Of a stretch of 64,000 nucleotides of DNA, positions 39,709 to 49,438 are shown piece by piece. The notes beneath the pieces were generated by a model. The model had not been told where the DNA came from and did not search any database. It saw nothing but the letters and a program-made list of their open reading frames with translations. Position numbers and translations under genes: made by a program. Source of the DNA: Actinomycetota bacterium (GTDB taxonomy: Bacteria; Actinomycetota; Actinomycetes; Nanopelagicales; Nanopelagicaceae); contig CANFUR010000001.1 in NCBI GenBank assembly GCA_947450175.1, positions 406 to 64,405 of the forward strand, written 5' to 3'. Numbering within the stretch: position 1 is the first letter of the stretch; each line of letters begins with the position of its first letter.

Positions 39709-41514
39709 GTGAATCGGTACGGTTCTGGAATGCAAGTTGAAGAAAGTGAACTCGTCCACCAATTCAAGGGCGAAAGCCCCATCAGAACCTTGCGATATTT
39801 GCTTAGCGGGCAACGTAAAAATGTAGCCTTAGCAATTCTATTTTTCTCAATCAAACACTCTCCTGCTTGGTTAATTCCAGTGATCACTGCCAACTTGATT
39901 GACATTGTTGTCCAGCACAAATCATCGACGGATCTGGCAATTAACTCTGCAGCTCTTGTACTTGTTGTTACACAAAACTTTCCTACAAACCTTTTGTACG
40001 TGCGCTTTTTAGCTATCGCGATAAGAGATACAGAGAATAGATTGCGCTCTGCTTTAGTAGTTCGAATGCAGCAGTTGAGTATTGGTTACTACCAAAAAAC
40101 TAATGCTGGGGCCTTACAGACCAAGGTAGTTCGAGATGTTGAAAATATTGAACAGATGTTGCGCCACATGTCAGATGGTGGTTTAGCCGCTCTCAACGGC
40201 TTGGTTGGCGCAATTGTTGTTACATCTATCCGTGTTCCCAATTTCTTAATCTTCTTTATTTTGGTGGCCCCCATTGCATCAATCACAATAATTCGTTTAA
40301 GAAAATCATTGAATGAATACAATGAAGATTTCCGAAGCCAAATCGAAAAAATGTCTTCACGTGTAAACGAAATGACTACGTTGCTAACAGTCACACGTGC
40401 CCATGGCTTAGAGCGTCGAGCAGTTCGCCGGATGAAGGACTCCTTTGCAACAGTGCAGGAGGCTGGTTTAAAGCTAGATCGCATTAATGGCAGATTTAAC
40501 GCTGCGGCATGGGTGACCTTTCAATTAGCTAACGTGTTTTGTTTAATTCTCTCGGCCTATTTTGCACTCAACAATAAATTCGGAATATCTGCCGGAGACG
40601 TTGTTTTGTTGACTTCTAATTTTGGAATGCTCATAGGCTCCATCATTTTGCTTGCAAGTCTTGCCCCAGCGATCTCTAAAGGCTTTGCCTCCATCACTTC
40701 CTTGGGTGAAGTACTTGAATCTCCGGATCTTGAAATCAACCAAGGGAAAAGGAGCGTCGATGCTATCGATGGTGTTATTGAGTTCAGCAATGTCAGCTTT
40801 ACTTATCCAACCAATCACAAACCATCTCTAGAGCAGATTTCATTATCTGCTGCCCCAGGCAAAATGATTGCCCTGGTTGGCCCATCAGGGTCAGGAAAGT
40901 CAACCCTGATTAACTTAGTCATTGGTTTCTTGCGCCCAACACAAGGTGTAATCAAAATCGATGGGCTTGATTACAAGGACTTAGATTTGCGAACAGTTAG
41001 AAAGTTTCTCTCTGTAGTTCCGCAGGAATCAGTTCTCTTTGACGGAACTATCGCAGAAAATATCTCTTACGGTCTTAGCGATGTTAGAGCCGATGAAATA
41101 GAAACTGCATTGCGCGATGCTAATGCCTGGGATTTCGTGCAGGCATTTGATGATGGCATAGAGACACTTGTTGGTGAACGCGGAGCTCGACTTAGTGGTG
41201 GCCAAAAGCAGCGTCTTGCAATTGCTCGTGCCCTCATTCGTAACCCTCGAATTTTGATTTTGGATGAGGCTACGTCGGCCCTTGATTCAGAATCTGAAAA
41301 ACTCATTCAAGATGCCTTGTCGCGCCTGATGAAAGCGCGAACAACCTTTGTCGTCGCCCATCGATTATCAACGGTCAAAGAGGCCGATCAAATTTTGGTG
41401 CTCAATGAGGGTCGTATTGTCGAATCTGGAACACATGCCGAACTTGTTGCACAGCAGGGTCTTTATCGTCGACTTTATGATGCGCAATCTTTTATTCAAA
41501 TAGGAAAAGAGTAA
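39709..41514 (+). CDS. ABC exporter, fused permease/ATPase (MsbA-like type I exporter)
   Basis: Six N-terminal TM helices, Walker A GPSGSGKST, signature LSGGQKQR and Walker B LILDEATSALD. GTG start, with an alternative ATG at 39730. Confidence 0.85.
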   Translation: MNRYGSGMQVEESELVHQFKGESPIRTLRYLLSGQRKNVALAILFFSIKHSPAWLIPVITANLIDIVVQHKSSTDLAINSAALVLVVTQNFPTNLLYVRFLAIAIRDTENRLRSALVVRMQQLSIGYYQKTNAGALQTKVVRDVENIEQMLRHMSDGGLAALNGLVGAIVVTSIRVPNFLIFFILVAPIASITIIRLRKSLNEYNEDFRSQIEKMSSRVNEMTTLLTVTRAHGLERRAVRRMKDSFATVQEAGLKLDRINGRFNAAAWVTFQLANVFCLILSAYFALNNKFGISAGDVVLLTSNFGMLIGSIILLASLAPAISKGFASITSLGEVLESPDLEINQGKRSVDAIDGVIEFSNVSFTYPTNHKPSLEQISLSAAPGKMIALVGPSGSGKSTLINLVIGFLRPTQGVIKIDGLDYKDLDLRTVRKFLSVVPQESVLFDGTIAENISYGLSDVRADEIETALRDANAWDFVQAFDDGIETLVGERGARLSGGQKQRLAIARALIRNPRILILDEATSALDSESEKLIQDALSRLMKARTTFVVAHRLSTVKEADQILVLNEGRIVESGTHAELVAQQGLYRRLYDAQSFIQIGKE

Positions 41515-41518
41515 TCAC

Positions 41519-42523
41519 ATGATTAATGCAGATGAAAACTTAGGTTATGGATTTAACGCCCAGTGGGCGTATTCACGGGGCCATATGCCTGCAGCTTTGC
41601 CTGCAGATACCCGGATGTTGGATTTCATGGCTAAATATGAGTTTAAATTCCTTCGTCTTCCAACAGATTATCGATTTTGGATTGATGATCTCGAGGGCCC
41701 AATTCATGAGAGTTTCCTCAAACTCATCGATTCATATGTTCATGAATCAGTTTCACGGGGTATTCACATAAGTTTAAATCTTCATCGCGCTCCCGGTTAT
41801 TGCATCAATGGTTGGGAGCAAGAGTCAACGAATCTATGGGCTGATGAAGCGCCTCAAAAAACATTTCATCGTTTGTGGCAAGCCGTGGCAGAGCGATATA
41901 AAGGCCAGCACATGGATTTATTGAGTTTTGATTTAGTCAATGAACCACCTGCTGTTGGTCAACGAGGCTTCACACGTGAGATTCATCAGAAGGTCATACG
42001 TTCTGTTACTCATGCTATTCATGCAATAGATTCGCAAAGAACTGTTGTTATAAATGGTTTAGCCGGTGGGCATTTAGCAATGCCTGAACTTGCCGATTTG
42101 AATGTTGTTCATAGCGGCCGCGGTTATCAACCAATGTTGGTTAGCCATTACAAAGCTGAATGGTGGGATGGAAGCAAAGGAATGCCGGTCCCCACTTATC
42201 CCTGTGATTACGAAGGCACGCGTTGGAACCGCGAGTCATTGTGGGAGTTTTATGCACCATGGCGCGAAGTCCAAGCGATGGGAAGACCGGTACACATTGG
42301 AGAGTTTGGTTGTTACAAGTACACCGATAATTGCGTTGCTCTGGCATGGTTTAAAGATCTCTTTGATATCTATCGAGAATCTAAATGGGGATATTCGTTG
42401 TGGGAATTTGATGGCAATTTCGGAATTGCAAACCATGGCAGACCCGGAACTGTGTATGAAAACTTTGAAGGCTTGAATATAGATCGCGCATTATTAGAGC
42501 TCATGTTGCAAAGCCGCGCCTAA
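41519..42523 (+). CDS. glycoside hydrolase family 5, cytoplasmic (no signal peptide)
   Basis: GH5 acid/base motif FDLVNEP and nucleophile motif HIGEFG. It begins 5 nt after the exporter stop. Confidence 0.8.
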   Translation: MINADENLGYGFNAQWAYSRGHMPAALPADTRMLDFMAKYEFKFLRLPTDYRFWIDDLEGPIHESFLKLIDSYVHESVSRGIHISLNLHRAPGYCINGWEQESTNLWADEAPQKTFHRLWQAVAERYKGQHMDLLSFDLVNEPPAVGQRGFTREIHQKVIRSVTHAIHAIDSQRTVVINGLAGGHLAMPELADLNVVHSGRGYQPMLVSHYKAEWWDGSKGMPVPTYPCDYEGTRWNRESLWEFYAPWREVQAMGRPVHIGEFGCYKYTDNCVALAWFKDLFDIYRESKWGYSLWEFDGNFGIANHGRPGTVYENFEGLNIDRALLELMLQSRA

Positions 42524-42593
42524 CCTACCCACGCATGGCTTGACAACGATGGAACTAAATGGAAATCTCCGCCTAAGAAAGTAGGGAGCAATC

Positions 42594-43148
42594 ATGCAGC
42601 GCTGGAAAATCATTACTCCGTTGGCCTTAGCCTCGGTTGTGGCTGTCGCATACTTTTCAGGTGGGGCAAAAGTACCCATGGATAATGACAACACGTCAGC
42701 ACTTGCAATCAGCGAGAAGGCATCTGAAAATGCTTTATCCAAAAAAGAAGGTGGCTTTGGGGCAGACATTGATTTGGGTGATGGAATTGTGCTCAATGTT
42801 TCAGACCCAGCTGCATTCAAAGCTAAGGATCCGACAGCCCTTGGGGTTGAAGGACGTCCGCTAATAATGGATATCACTATTACTAATAAAGGCGCTAAAG
42901 ATATTGATTTATCTTCGTTTTCAATCATTCAGAGCGCTTTTGATTCTGATGAAGCCCAATCATGCTTTGATGTTTTTGAAAGTGCATCTGGGGTAAATGG
43001 TGTACCGGCCGATCCCATGCTGGCTGTTGACGCAAGCGTTTCCTTCAAGTGGGCCATCGTCTGTCCGACAAAGGCAGGTGACAAATTGCATTTAACCTTT
43101 AGCGTTACGGGCAATGAGGAAGTTACTCTCGACTCCACAGTCAAGTAA
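42594..43148 (+). CDS. secreted or membrane-anchored DUF4352-like protein
   Basis: N-terminal hydrophobic segment ITPLALASVVAVAYF and an Ig-like pattern (LIMDITITNKGAKDIDLSSFS...DASVSFKWAIVCP). Confidence 0.4.
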   Translation: MQRWKIITPLALASVVAVAYFSGGAKVPMDNDNTSALAISEKASENALSKKEGGFGADIDLGDGIVLNVSDPAAFKAKDPTALGVEGRPLIMDITITNKGAKDIDLSSFSIIQSAFDSDEAQSCFDVFESASGVNGVPADPMLAVDASVSFKWAIVCPTKAGDKLHLTFSVTGNEEVTLDSTVK

Positions 43149-43268
43149 GAAATCATCACCCTGGGGTGATGGGGTTTAAGTCCGTGTTGGCCTTGATTGT
43201 CTTAACAAGACAGGAAAATGTCCTAAGAGACTTTACGATTGTTATCTAAATGTGTCGATGTCAATTCT

Positions 43269-43282
43269 TGACAACGCTGTCA
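43269..43282. promoter_or_regulatory. candidate LacI-family operator overlapping a TTGACA -35-like hexamer
   Basis: TGACAACGCTGTCA is an imperfect 14-bp palindrome of the TGnnAnCGnTnnCA type, 65 nt upstream of the binding-protein gene. A LacI regulator is encoded in the same gene string. Confidence 0.4.
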
Positions 43283-43346
43283 TTTCCCAGAAATGTACCC
43301 CCCAAGGCGCAGCGAGAGCCGCTTGCGCTTCTGTAAAGGAGTTAAC

Positions 43347-44603
43347 GTGAAGCGTTTAGGAGCGATAGCAGTAGCTATCACCATGATCGCAGGAGTAGTT
43401 TTCAATACGCCTGCAAACGCTGCGGCTAAGCAAACATTGACCGTCTGGGCAACTGGTGGCGATGCTGATGCTGCGGTAATGAAGGCAGCTGGAAAGGCAT
43501 TTGAAGATGCTAATCCAGGTGTGACCGTAAAGGTTGAAGCAATTTCTTGGGGCGATGGCTATGCAAAGGTTCTTGCCGCTGCTGCCGCAAAGAAGGGTCC
43601 AGATGTTTTCACTGGTGGACTTTCTTGGGGTATCTCAGCTGGTAACAAGGGTGCGCTTGCAGATCTTCGTGCACTGGGAGTTGCCAACTATGTTCAGCCA
43701 AAAGTGCCTGCTCAGATTTACAAGGCACTCGTTGGTTACAAGTCAACAAAGGTGTATGCAGTTCCATTCGACCTTACATTGATGATGATGTTCTATGACA
43801 AGACAACTCTAAAGAATGCTGGAATTACATCTGCTCCAGCAACTATTGATGATTTCAATGCTGCAGCAGCCAAGTTAAAGACTGCTGGTGTAGCAACACC
43901 TGTTTACAACGAATGGGGAAATGCTGACTGGCTTGGCTTCTTCTCATGGTTGTACTCAATGGGTGGATCTCTCTACGATGCTAAGTGCAACGTAACAATC
44001 AACAACTCAAAGGGTGTTGCAGCTCTAACTCAGTACAAGAAGTTGTACACAGATTTCGGTGCACCAAAGCCTGGTGTTGCTGACTGGAGCATGAACGACA
44101 ACATCAAGCAAGGTAAGTATGGAATCGGCTTCTCTGGAAACTTCCAGGCAAGCAGCTACTACACCTACTACAAGGATTATAAGAACTGGGCAGCTGCTCC
44201 AGTTCCTGCAGCTACTGGCTCAAAGAGCGTTGCATTTATCGGTGGACGCGGAATCTCAGTCATGGGATACGCATCAGGTACTCAGCAACGTCTAGCAGCT
44301 AAGTTCATCAAGACTCTCTACGACCGTAGCGTTGTACGTCAGATGAACCTTGTTGGTGCAGCACAAAACTCAATCTTCCTTTCACCTGTAATCGATAACG
44401 CAGACACAATTGATGCTTATCCAGCAGATGTATTGAAGACAATCAAGAGCCAGCTAAAGGATGCTCAAGGTCCTCCAAACTGTAATGGTTGGGAAGATTC
44501 ACAAGCCGGTGTAACTACTGCGCTTCAGAGCTTCCTATTTGGAACAGCAACTGCAAAGGCTGCTCTAGATGAGGCTGCAGCTGTAATGAAGTCCAAGCTC
44601 TAA
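43347..44603 (+). CDS. ABC sugar (oligosaccharide) substrate-binding protein, CUT1 family
   Basis: GTG start at 43347 after an AAAGGAG RBS. Signal peptide KRLGAIAVAITMIAGVVFNTPANA and the family-1 solute-binding layout. Confidence 0.85.
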   Translation: MKRLGAIAVAITMIAGVVFNTPANAAAKQTLTVWATGGDADAAVMKAAGKAFEDANPGVTVKVEAISWGDGYAKVLAAAAAKKGPDVFTGGLSWGISAGNKGALADLRALGVANYVQPKVPAQIYKALVGYKSTKVYAVPFDLTLMMMFYDKTTLKNAGITSAPATIDDFNAAAAKLKTAGVATPVYNEWGNADWLGFFSWLYSMGGSLYDAKCNVTINNSKGVAALTQYKKLYTDFGAPKPGVADWSMNDNIKQGKYGIGFSGNFQASSYYTYYKDYKNWAAAPVPAATGSKSVAFIGGRGISVMGYASGTQQRLAAKFIKTLYDRSVVRQMNLVGAAQNSIFLSPVIDNADTIDAYPADVLKTIKSQLKDAQGPPNCNGWEDSQAGVTTALQSFLFGTATAKAALDEAAAVMKSKL

Positions 44604-44621
44604 AGAGCTAATTCAAGGGAC

Positions 44622-44655
44622 GGCAACGGATGGGGCGAAAGTCCCATCCGTTGCC
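44622..44655 (+). promoter_or_regulatory. intercistronic stem-loop (13-bp perfect stem, no U-tract)
   Basis: GGCAACGGATGGG-gcgaaagt-CCCATCCGTTGCC lies between the binding-protein and permease genes. Confidence 0.6.
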
Positions 44656-44676
44656 ACTTACAAGTTAGGTTTATAC

Positions 44677-45642
44677 ATGCCAAAGAGTGTTAAAGAATCA
44701 ACAGGTGATGTCTCACGTAAAACTGGATTTAGAAAATTCAGCGATGTGGGAATATCAACATATCTAATGCTCTCCCCTTTTGTTCTTTTGTTTATTGTTT
44801 TTAGCGTCTATCCAGTACTCGCAAGTCTGCGCTTATCTTTCATGCGCTATAACGCAATATGTAATCCTGATCAAAGTCCCTGTGGAAGTGTTGGCTTTGG
44901 TAACTACGCAACATTGATTTTTCATGATGATCGCTTTCATAAGGCACTTTCTAATACGGCCATATACGTAGTTGGCGCCGTCATCTTAGGAATGATTGCT
45001 TCGCTTTCACTTGCTCTTTCATTGCAAGAAGATACAAAATCAAATCGAATTTTAAGAGTTATATTTTTTCTTCCATCCGTAACATCTGGGATTGCTGTGG
45101 TCTTGGTGTGGGGTTGGGTATTTCGTGGTGATGGCGTTGGTCTGCTCAATGCAATGCTCAGCGTTTTTGGTGTTCACCCAATCGAATGGCTAGCGACAAC
45201 TTGGATGGCTATTCCAATTCTCATTTTCATGTCTTTGTGGGGTGGCGCTGGCTTTGGAATGATTCTTTTTCTTGCTGGACTTAATTCAATTCCAGCGATG
45301 TACTACGAAGCAGCAGTAATTGATGGGGCTGGACCAAAGCAACGTTTTCGCTACATCACTTTGCCTCTTCTACGTCCAGTAATGGTTTATGTTGGAATTA
45401 CTGGGATCATTGGCGCGTTTCAGATATTTGAAGGTGTGTACCTTCTGTTCCCAACAAGCGTTGGTTCAATCGGTGGCCTTCGCGATATGGCTCTCATGAT
45501 TGTTCCTTACCTATATGACTCCGGGTTTAATAAATTCCGACTTGGATATGCATCGGCCATCGCCTGGGTTCTCTTTGCAATCATCTTTATAGTGAGCATG
45601 ATTAATCTCAAGCTCACTCGCTCATTGGAGGACCTCAAGTGA
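44677..45642 (+). CDS. sugar ABC permease (MalF-like)
   Basis: 321 aa with six TM helices and an EAA-loop region (YYEAAVIDGAGPKQRFRYITLP). Confidence 0.9.
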   Translation: MPKSVKESTGDVSRKTGFRKFSDVGISTYLMLSPFVLLFIVFSVYPVLASLRLSFMRYNAICNPDQSPCGSVGFGNYATLIFHDDRFHKALSNTAIYVVGAVILGMIASLSLALSLQEDTKSNRILRVIFFLPSVTSGIAVVLVWGWVFRGDGVGLLNAMLSVFGVHPIEWLATTWMAIPILIFMSLWGGAGFGMILFLAGLNSIPAMYYEAAVIDGAGPKQRFRYITLPLLRPVMVYVGITGIIGAFQIFEGVYLLFPTSVGSIGGLRDMALMIVPYLYDSGFNKFRLGYASAIAWVLFAIIFIVSMINLKLTRSLEDLK

Positions 45643-46607
45643 GCACACTTCTTTCAAAAGCTGAGATCAAGCGCAATGACAAGTTGATGGAGCGTAGTGG
45701 CTCATTCAAGAATCCATTCGAGCGCCAATCCCGGGCTTCAAAACTTCGCCGAATTCCAATTTACCTTTTGACCGTCGTGATGATTGCTCCTTATTACTGG
45801 ATGATTACTTCATCTTTGAAGTCAGTAAAAGAATTGCAAGTAGTTCCTCCTACACTCTTTCCTAAGAAACTTATCTGGGGAAACTATTACGACACCCGAT
45901 TTAATCCAACAAGTTTCCAGCAGGATGTAATGCAGGGATTATTCCAACGATATCCAGATCTTAAATTTGGCTTTTTTAGATTTATGATGAATAGCTTTTT
46001 CGTCAATATTTCAATTACTTGTCTCACACTTTTTATCGGCTCTTTGGCAGCTTATGTTGTCAGCAAGCACCGTTTCAAAGGTAAGAAAGGGATTTATCTA
46101 GTCATCATCGGTTCCATGATGATTCCTTGGCAAGTTGGATTGATTCCGGGCTTCTTGCTAATGGATAAATTTGGCTGGCTTAATACATTCTGGGCTTACA
46201 TAGTGCCAGCATTACCTAAGGCTTTCATAGTCTTTTTCTTGACTCAGTACCTAACTTCTATTCCAGATGAATTAGTTGAAGCTGCGCGCATTGATGGTGC
46301 AACGGAATTCACGATCTATTTCAGGATTATTCTTCCGCTGCTTAAGCCAGCGCTTATAGCGATGATGATCTTTACTGCAATCGGAGAATGGAACAATTTC
46401 CTCTGGCCATTAATCATCACAACTAGCCAAGACATGGCTACTTTGCCAGTTGCATTGGCCAATTTGAAAAACTCTGGTGCAGGAAACATTGGCACTCAAG
46501 GCGTAATCATGGGCGCATCACTCATAACCAGTATTCCAACAATTGCTTTGTACTTTGCAACTCAAAAACACTTCATTCGTGGAATTGCCCTATCTGGGCT
46601 GAAATGA
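45639..46607 (+). CDS. sugar ABC permease (MalG-like)
   Basis: 322 aa with an EAA loop (LVEAARIDGATEFTIYFRIILP). It overlaps the previous gene by 4 nt. Confidence 0.9.
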   Translation: MSTLLSKAEIKRNDKLMERSGSFKNPFERQSRASKLRRIPIYLLTVVMIAPYYWMITSSLKSVKELQVVPPTLFPKKLIWGNYYDTRFNPTSFQQDVMQGLFQRYPDLKFGFFRFMMNSFFVNISITCLTLFIGSLAAYVVSKHRFKGKKGIYLVIIGSMMIPWQVGLIPGFLLMDKFGWLNTFWAYIVPALPKAFIVFFLTQYLTSIPDELVEAARIDGATEFTIYFRIILPLLKPALIAMMIFTAIGEWNNFLWPLIITTSQDMATLPVALANLKNSGAGNIGTQGVIMGASLITSIPTIALYFATQKHFIRGIALSGLK

Positions 46608-46616
46608 TGCAAGTAC

Positions 46617-48386
46617 ATGCTTAAAAAATCCACTCTTCCCCTGTTGGCTTTCTTCTGCCTTAGTTTTGTAATTGTCCCAGTTCCGCTTCAAGCCCAAGCT
46701 GCTCTAAATGTGAGCACTATTTCGGTGGGTGCAAAAAACTTGCCTGTGGTTGTTGGGTTAATGGGTTTGCCTGAAGTAAGCAATCCATTTGATCCATCTC
46801 AGATGCGCGTTGTGGCCTCAATTGCACGTCCCGATGGAACAACAATTACTACTGAGGGATTTTGGTACCAAGAGTTTTCAATCATCAATATCAATGGACA
46901 ACGTAGTAGCAAGAAAATTGGTGACCCGTACTGGCGAATCGCATTTTCATCTATAGCCCCAGGAACTTATTCCCTCACTATTCAAGTTGAAATAAATGGA
47001 GTTAAGCAGAGTCCAATTACCCACTCAGTCACCACAGATTATTCAACTATTTCAAAGGTTATAACTTCCGGAAAATCCTTCTTGCGAGATTCAAAACCAT
47101 TTGTGCCAATTGCCTATAACATCGCTTGGGCAAATCGCTTTGAAGAGCTTGAAAAATATGACCAATGGTTTTCAAAAGCATCAAAGGTTGGCGTTAATGT
47201 GGCTCGTGTCTGGATGGCAGCGTGGTCACTGGGGATTGAATGGACAGATACCGGACTTGGTGACTATTCCAAGCGCTTAGATCGAGCCTGGATCTTGGAT
47301 CAAGTATTTGCTATCGCGGCTAAATACAACATAGGAATTGATTTAGTCCTACTCAATCACGGTGCTTTTAGCACGACCACAAACCCAGAGTGGTATTCAA
47401 ATCCATATAGCTCGTCAAATGGTGGCCCGCTGGCAGGTCCTGGTGAGTTCGCAACAAATGAAATTGCTTGGAAGTTCTGGGAGCGCAGATTGCGCTACAT
47501 CATCGCTAGATACTCAGCGTATCCATCCTTATTTACTTGGGAATGGTGGAATGAAGTTAACTTCACGCCTATAACAAGTAACGATTTATCTGCATGGATT
47601 AAGAAATCTAATTCCGTTTTAGATCAATGGGATCCATACAACACTCTAACTACCTCGTCTTGGTCATCAGCTGCGAGCATGCAAAATTGGGATAATTTGG
47701 ATTATGCAGTAACGCATGTGTATGACCCCAGTGATCCCATCAAATCTTTAACGGTTCAGGCAGATGCACTACGTGCAGCGGTTCCCAATAAACCAATTCT
47801 CGTCGGAGAAATGGGATCAGGAACTTTAACTGAAGACCCATTTTCTGATCCGACCGGTCTACATTTGCACAATTCACAATGGGCAGCGGTATTTGTTGGA
47901 TTTGCAGGTCCTGCTTCTTACTGGTGGTGGGATATTTATGTTGACCCGCTTGGCCTATGGCCACATACAACAGGTTTAACTAAATTAACCAAAGACCTTG
48001 ATGTAGCAACTATGCAACCAACTCGAATTAGTGGCATCCCACTTACTACGTGCCTGACACTTTCCAATCCAACAACAACAATTGGTTGGATTCGCCACAA
48101 TAACTTTGATCGCTCGGCTAAAACACAGTTATTACTTGACGCCGCGATAGCTGCATTAAAAACCAAGAAAGCTGTTCAAACAACATTTCCAGACCCAGTC
48201 TCTAAAGGTGGAAATTTAACTGTGCCAGTTGCAGCTAATGGAAATTACAAAGTTTCATTCATGAAGACAATGACAGGATCAGTTGTATCAGAGCAACGGA
48301 TTACCTCTAAAGCTCTTAATGTGACGATAAAAGTTCCTAAATTTACTGGAGACTTAGCATTTCGCCTTGAGGCGGTGCTACCGTAA
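46617..48386 (+). CDS. secreted glycoside hydrolase, N-terminal Ig-like (DUF5060-like) domain plus GH5-like TIM barrel; candidate endo-mannanase
   Basis: Signal peptide ending AQA. GH5-like acid/base motif WEWWNEVN and nucleophile motif LVGEMGSG. Confidence 0.55.
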   Translation: MLKKSTLPLLAFFCLSFVIVPVPLQAQAALNVSTISVGAKNLPVVVGLMGLPEVSNPFDPSQMRVVASIARPDGTTITTEGFWYQEFSIININGQRSSKKIGDPYWRIAFSSIAPGTYSLTIQVEINGVKQSPITHSVTTDYSTISKVITSGKSFLRDSKPFVPIAYNIAWANRFEELEKYDQWFSKASKVGVNVARVWMAAWSLGIEWTDTGLGDYSKRLDRAWILDQVFAIAAKYNIGIDLVLLNHGAFSTTTNPEWYSNPYSSSNGGPLAGPGEFATNEIAWKFWERRLRYIIARYSAYPSLFTWEWWNEVNFTPITSNDLSAWIKKSNSVLDQWDPYNTLTTSSWSSAASMQNWDNLDYAVTHVYDPSDPIKSLTVQADALRAAVPNKPILVGEMGSGTLTEDPFSDPTGLHLHNSQWAAVFVGFAGPASYWWWDIYVDPLGLWPHTTGLTKLTKDLDVATMQPTRISGIPLTTCLTLSNPTTTIGWIRHNNFDRSAKTQLLLDAAIAALKTKKAVQTTFPDPVSKGGNLTVPVAANGNYKVSFMKTMTGSVVSEQRITSKALNVTIKVPKFTGDLAFRLEAVLP

Positions 48387-49438
48387 TGAAGGTGACTGAG
48401 TTGAAACCCCACAGTATTGTCGCTAATCCATTAGCTCATCCAACGTTGGCTGATGTGGCTGCAATCTCTGGCGTAAGTATAAAAACCGCCAGCCGGGTAA
48501 TGAATGGATCTGAGCAAGTATCAGAGGATACGGCCGATAAAGTTAAAAAGGCAGCGAACCTTGTTGGTTATCGCTCAAATCGTATTGCCCGCGAACTACG
48601 AGTTGGTTCCCTTAGTAATCTCGTAGGAATGGTCATCTCTGACTTAGCCAACCCTTTTTATGCAGGTCTAGCTGCCGGAGCAGAAGAGCGATTAAGTGAT
48701 GAAGGTCTGGATTTAATTATTGCAACCGCACGCGATGATGGTGAGCGAGAAAAGAATTTGATTGAGTCTTTGTTAGAACGCCGTGTACGGGGATTAATTA
48801 TTGTTCCTTCGGGTGAGGATTACAGCCATCTTCATCAAGAACGCAAACGTGGATTCTCATTTGTTTTCGTTGACCGCCCAGCTCCATATCTGGATGCAGA
48901 CTCTGTAACAGTAGACAACCGTGGAGGAATTACTGCATGCCTAGATCATTTGCTTGAGCAAGGTTGTACATCGATTGCAATCCTTGCAGATACGCCAAGC
49001 ATCTGGACGGCCTCAGAGCGTATTGAAGCCTTTAAGCAAGCAATGCTGAGTCGAAAACTGGACAAGAAAAATGTACACATCATTGCCAATATTCACACAT
49101 CTGAGCAAGCCGGCTTTGCTACAAAGAAACTGCTCAAAGAAAATCCTGAAGTAGATGGAATCATCGCAACAAATGACTTGATTGCAATGGGGGTTGGACA
49201 AACAGTAAACGCCTCAAAACTTAAAGTTAAGGTTGTCAGCTTTGACTTATTTCCTACGGCGAATTTGCTTAACATAGCCACTTTAGATCACGATCCTCAA
49301 CGTTTAGGAAGAATGTCTGCCGAGCTACTACTTAAGCGCTTTGAAAATCCAACCGACAGATCCTTCTCTACTCAAATTATGAAAGTTTCTATGCGCAGTA
49401 ACAACAGTGATTTCGAAGGAACGCAGATTCATGAGTAA
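48386..49438 (+). CDS. LacI family transcriptional regulator
   Basis: N-terminal HTH TLADVAAISGVSIKTASRVMNG and a periplasmic-binding-protein-like sugar-sensing domain. Confidence 0.9.
   Translation: MKVTELKPHSIVANPLAHPTLADVAAISGVSIKTASRVMNGSEQVSEDTADKVKKAANLVGYRSNRIARELRVGSLSNLVGMVISDLANPFYAGLAAGAEERLSDEGLDLIIATARDDGEREKNLIESLLERRVRGLIIVPSGEDYSHLHQERKRGFSFVFVDRPAPYLDADSVTVDNRGGITACLDHLLEQGCTSIAILADTPSIWTASERIEAFKQAMLSRKLDKKNVHIIANIHTSEQAGFATKKLLKENPEVDGIIATNDLIAMGVGQTVNASKLKVKVVSFDLFPTANLLNIATLDHDPQRLGRMSAELLLKRFENPTDRSFSTQIMKVSMRSNNSDFEGTQIHE

Noticed and set aside
42494-42928. 144-aa minus-strand ORF overlapping the DUF4352-like gene
   Set aside because: No motifs. The plus-strand ORF has an N-terminal anchor and a plausible domain pattern.
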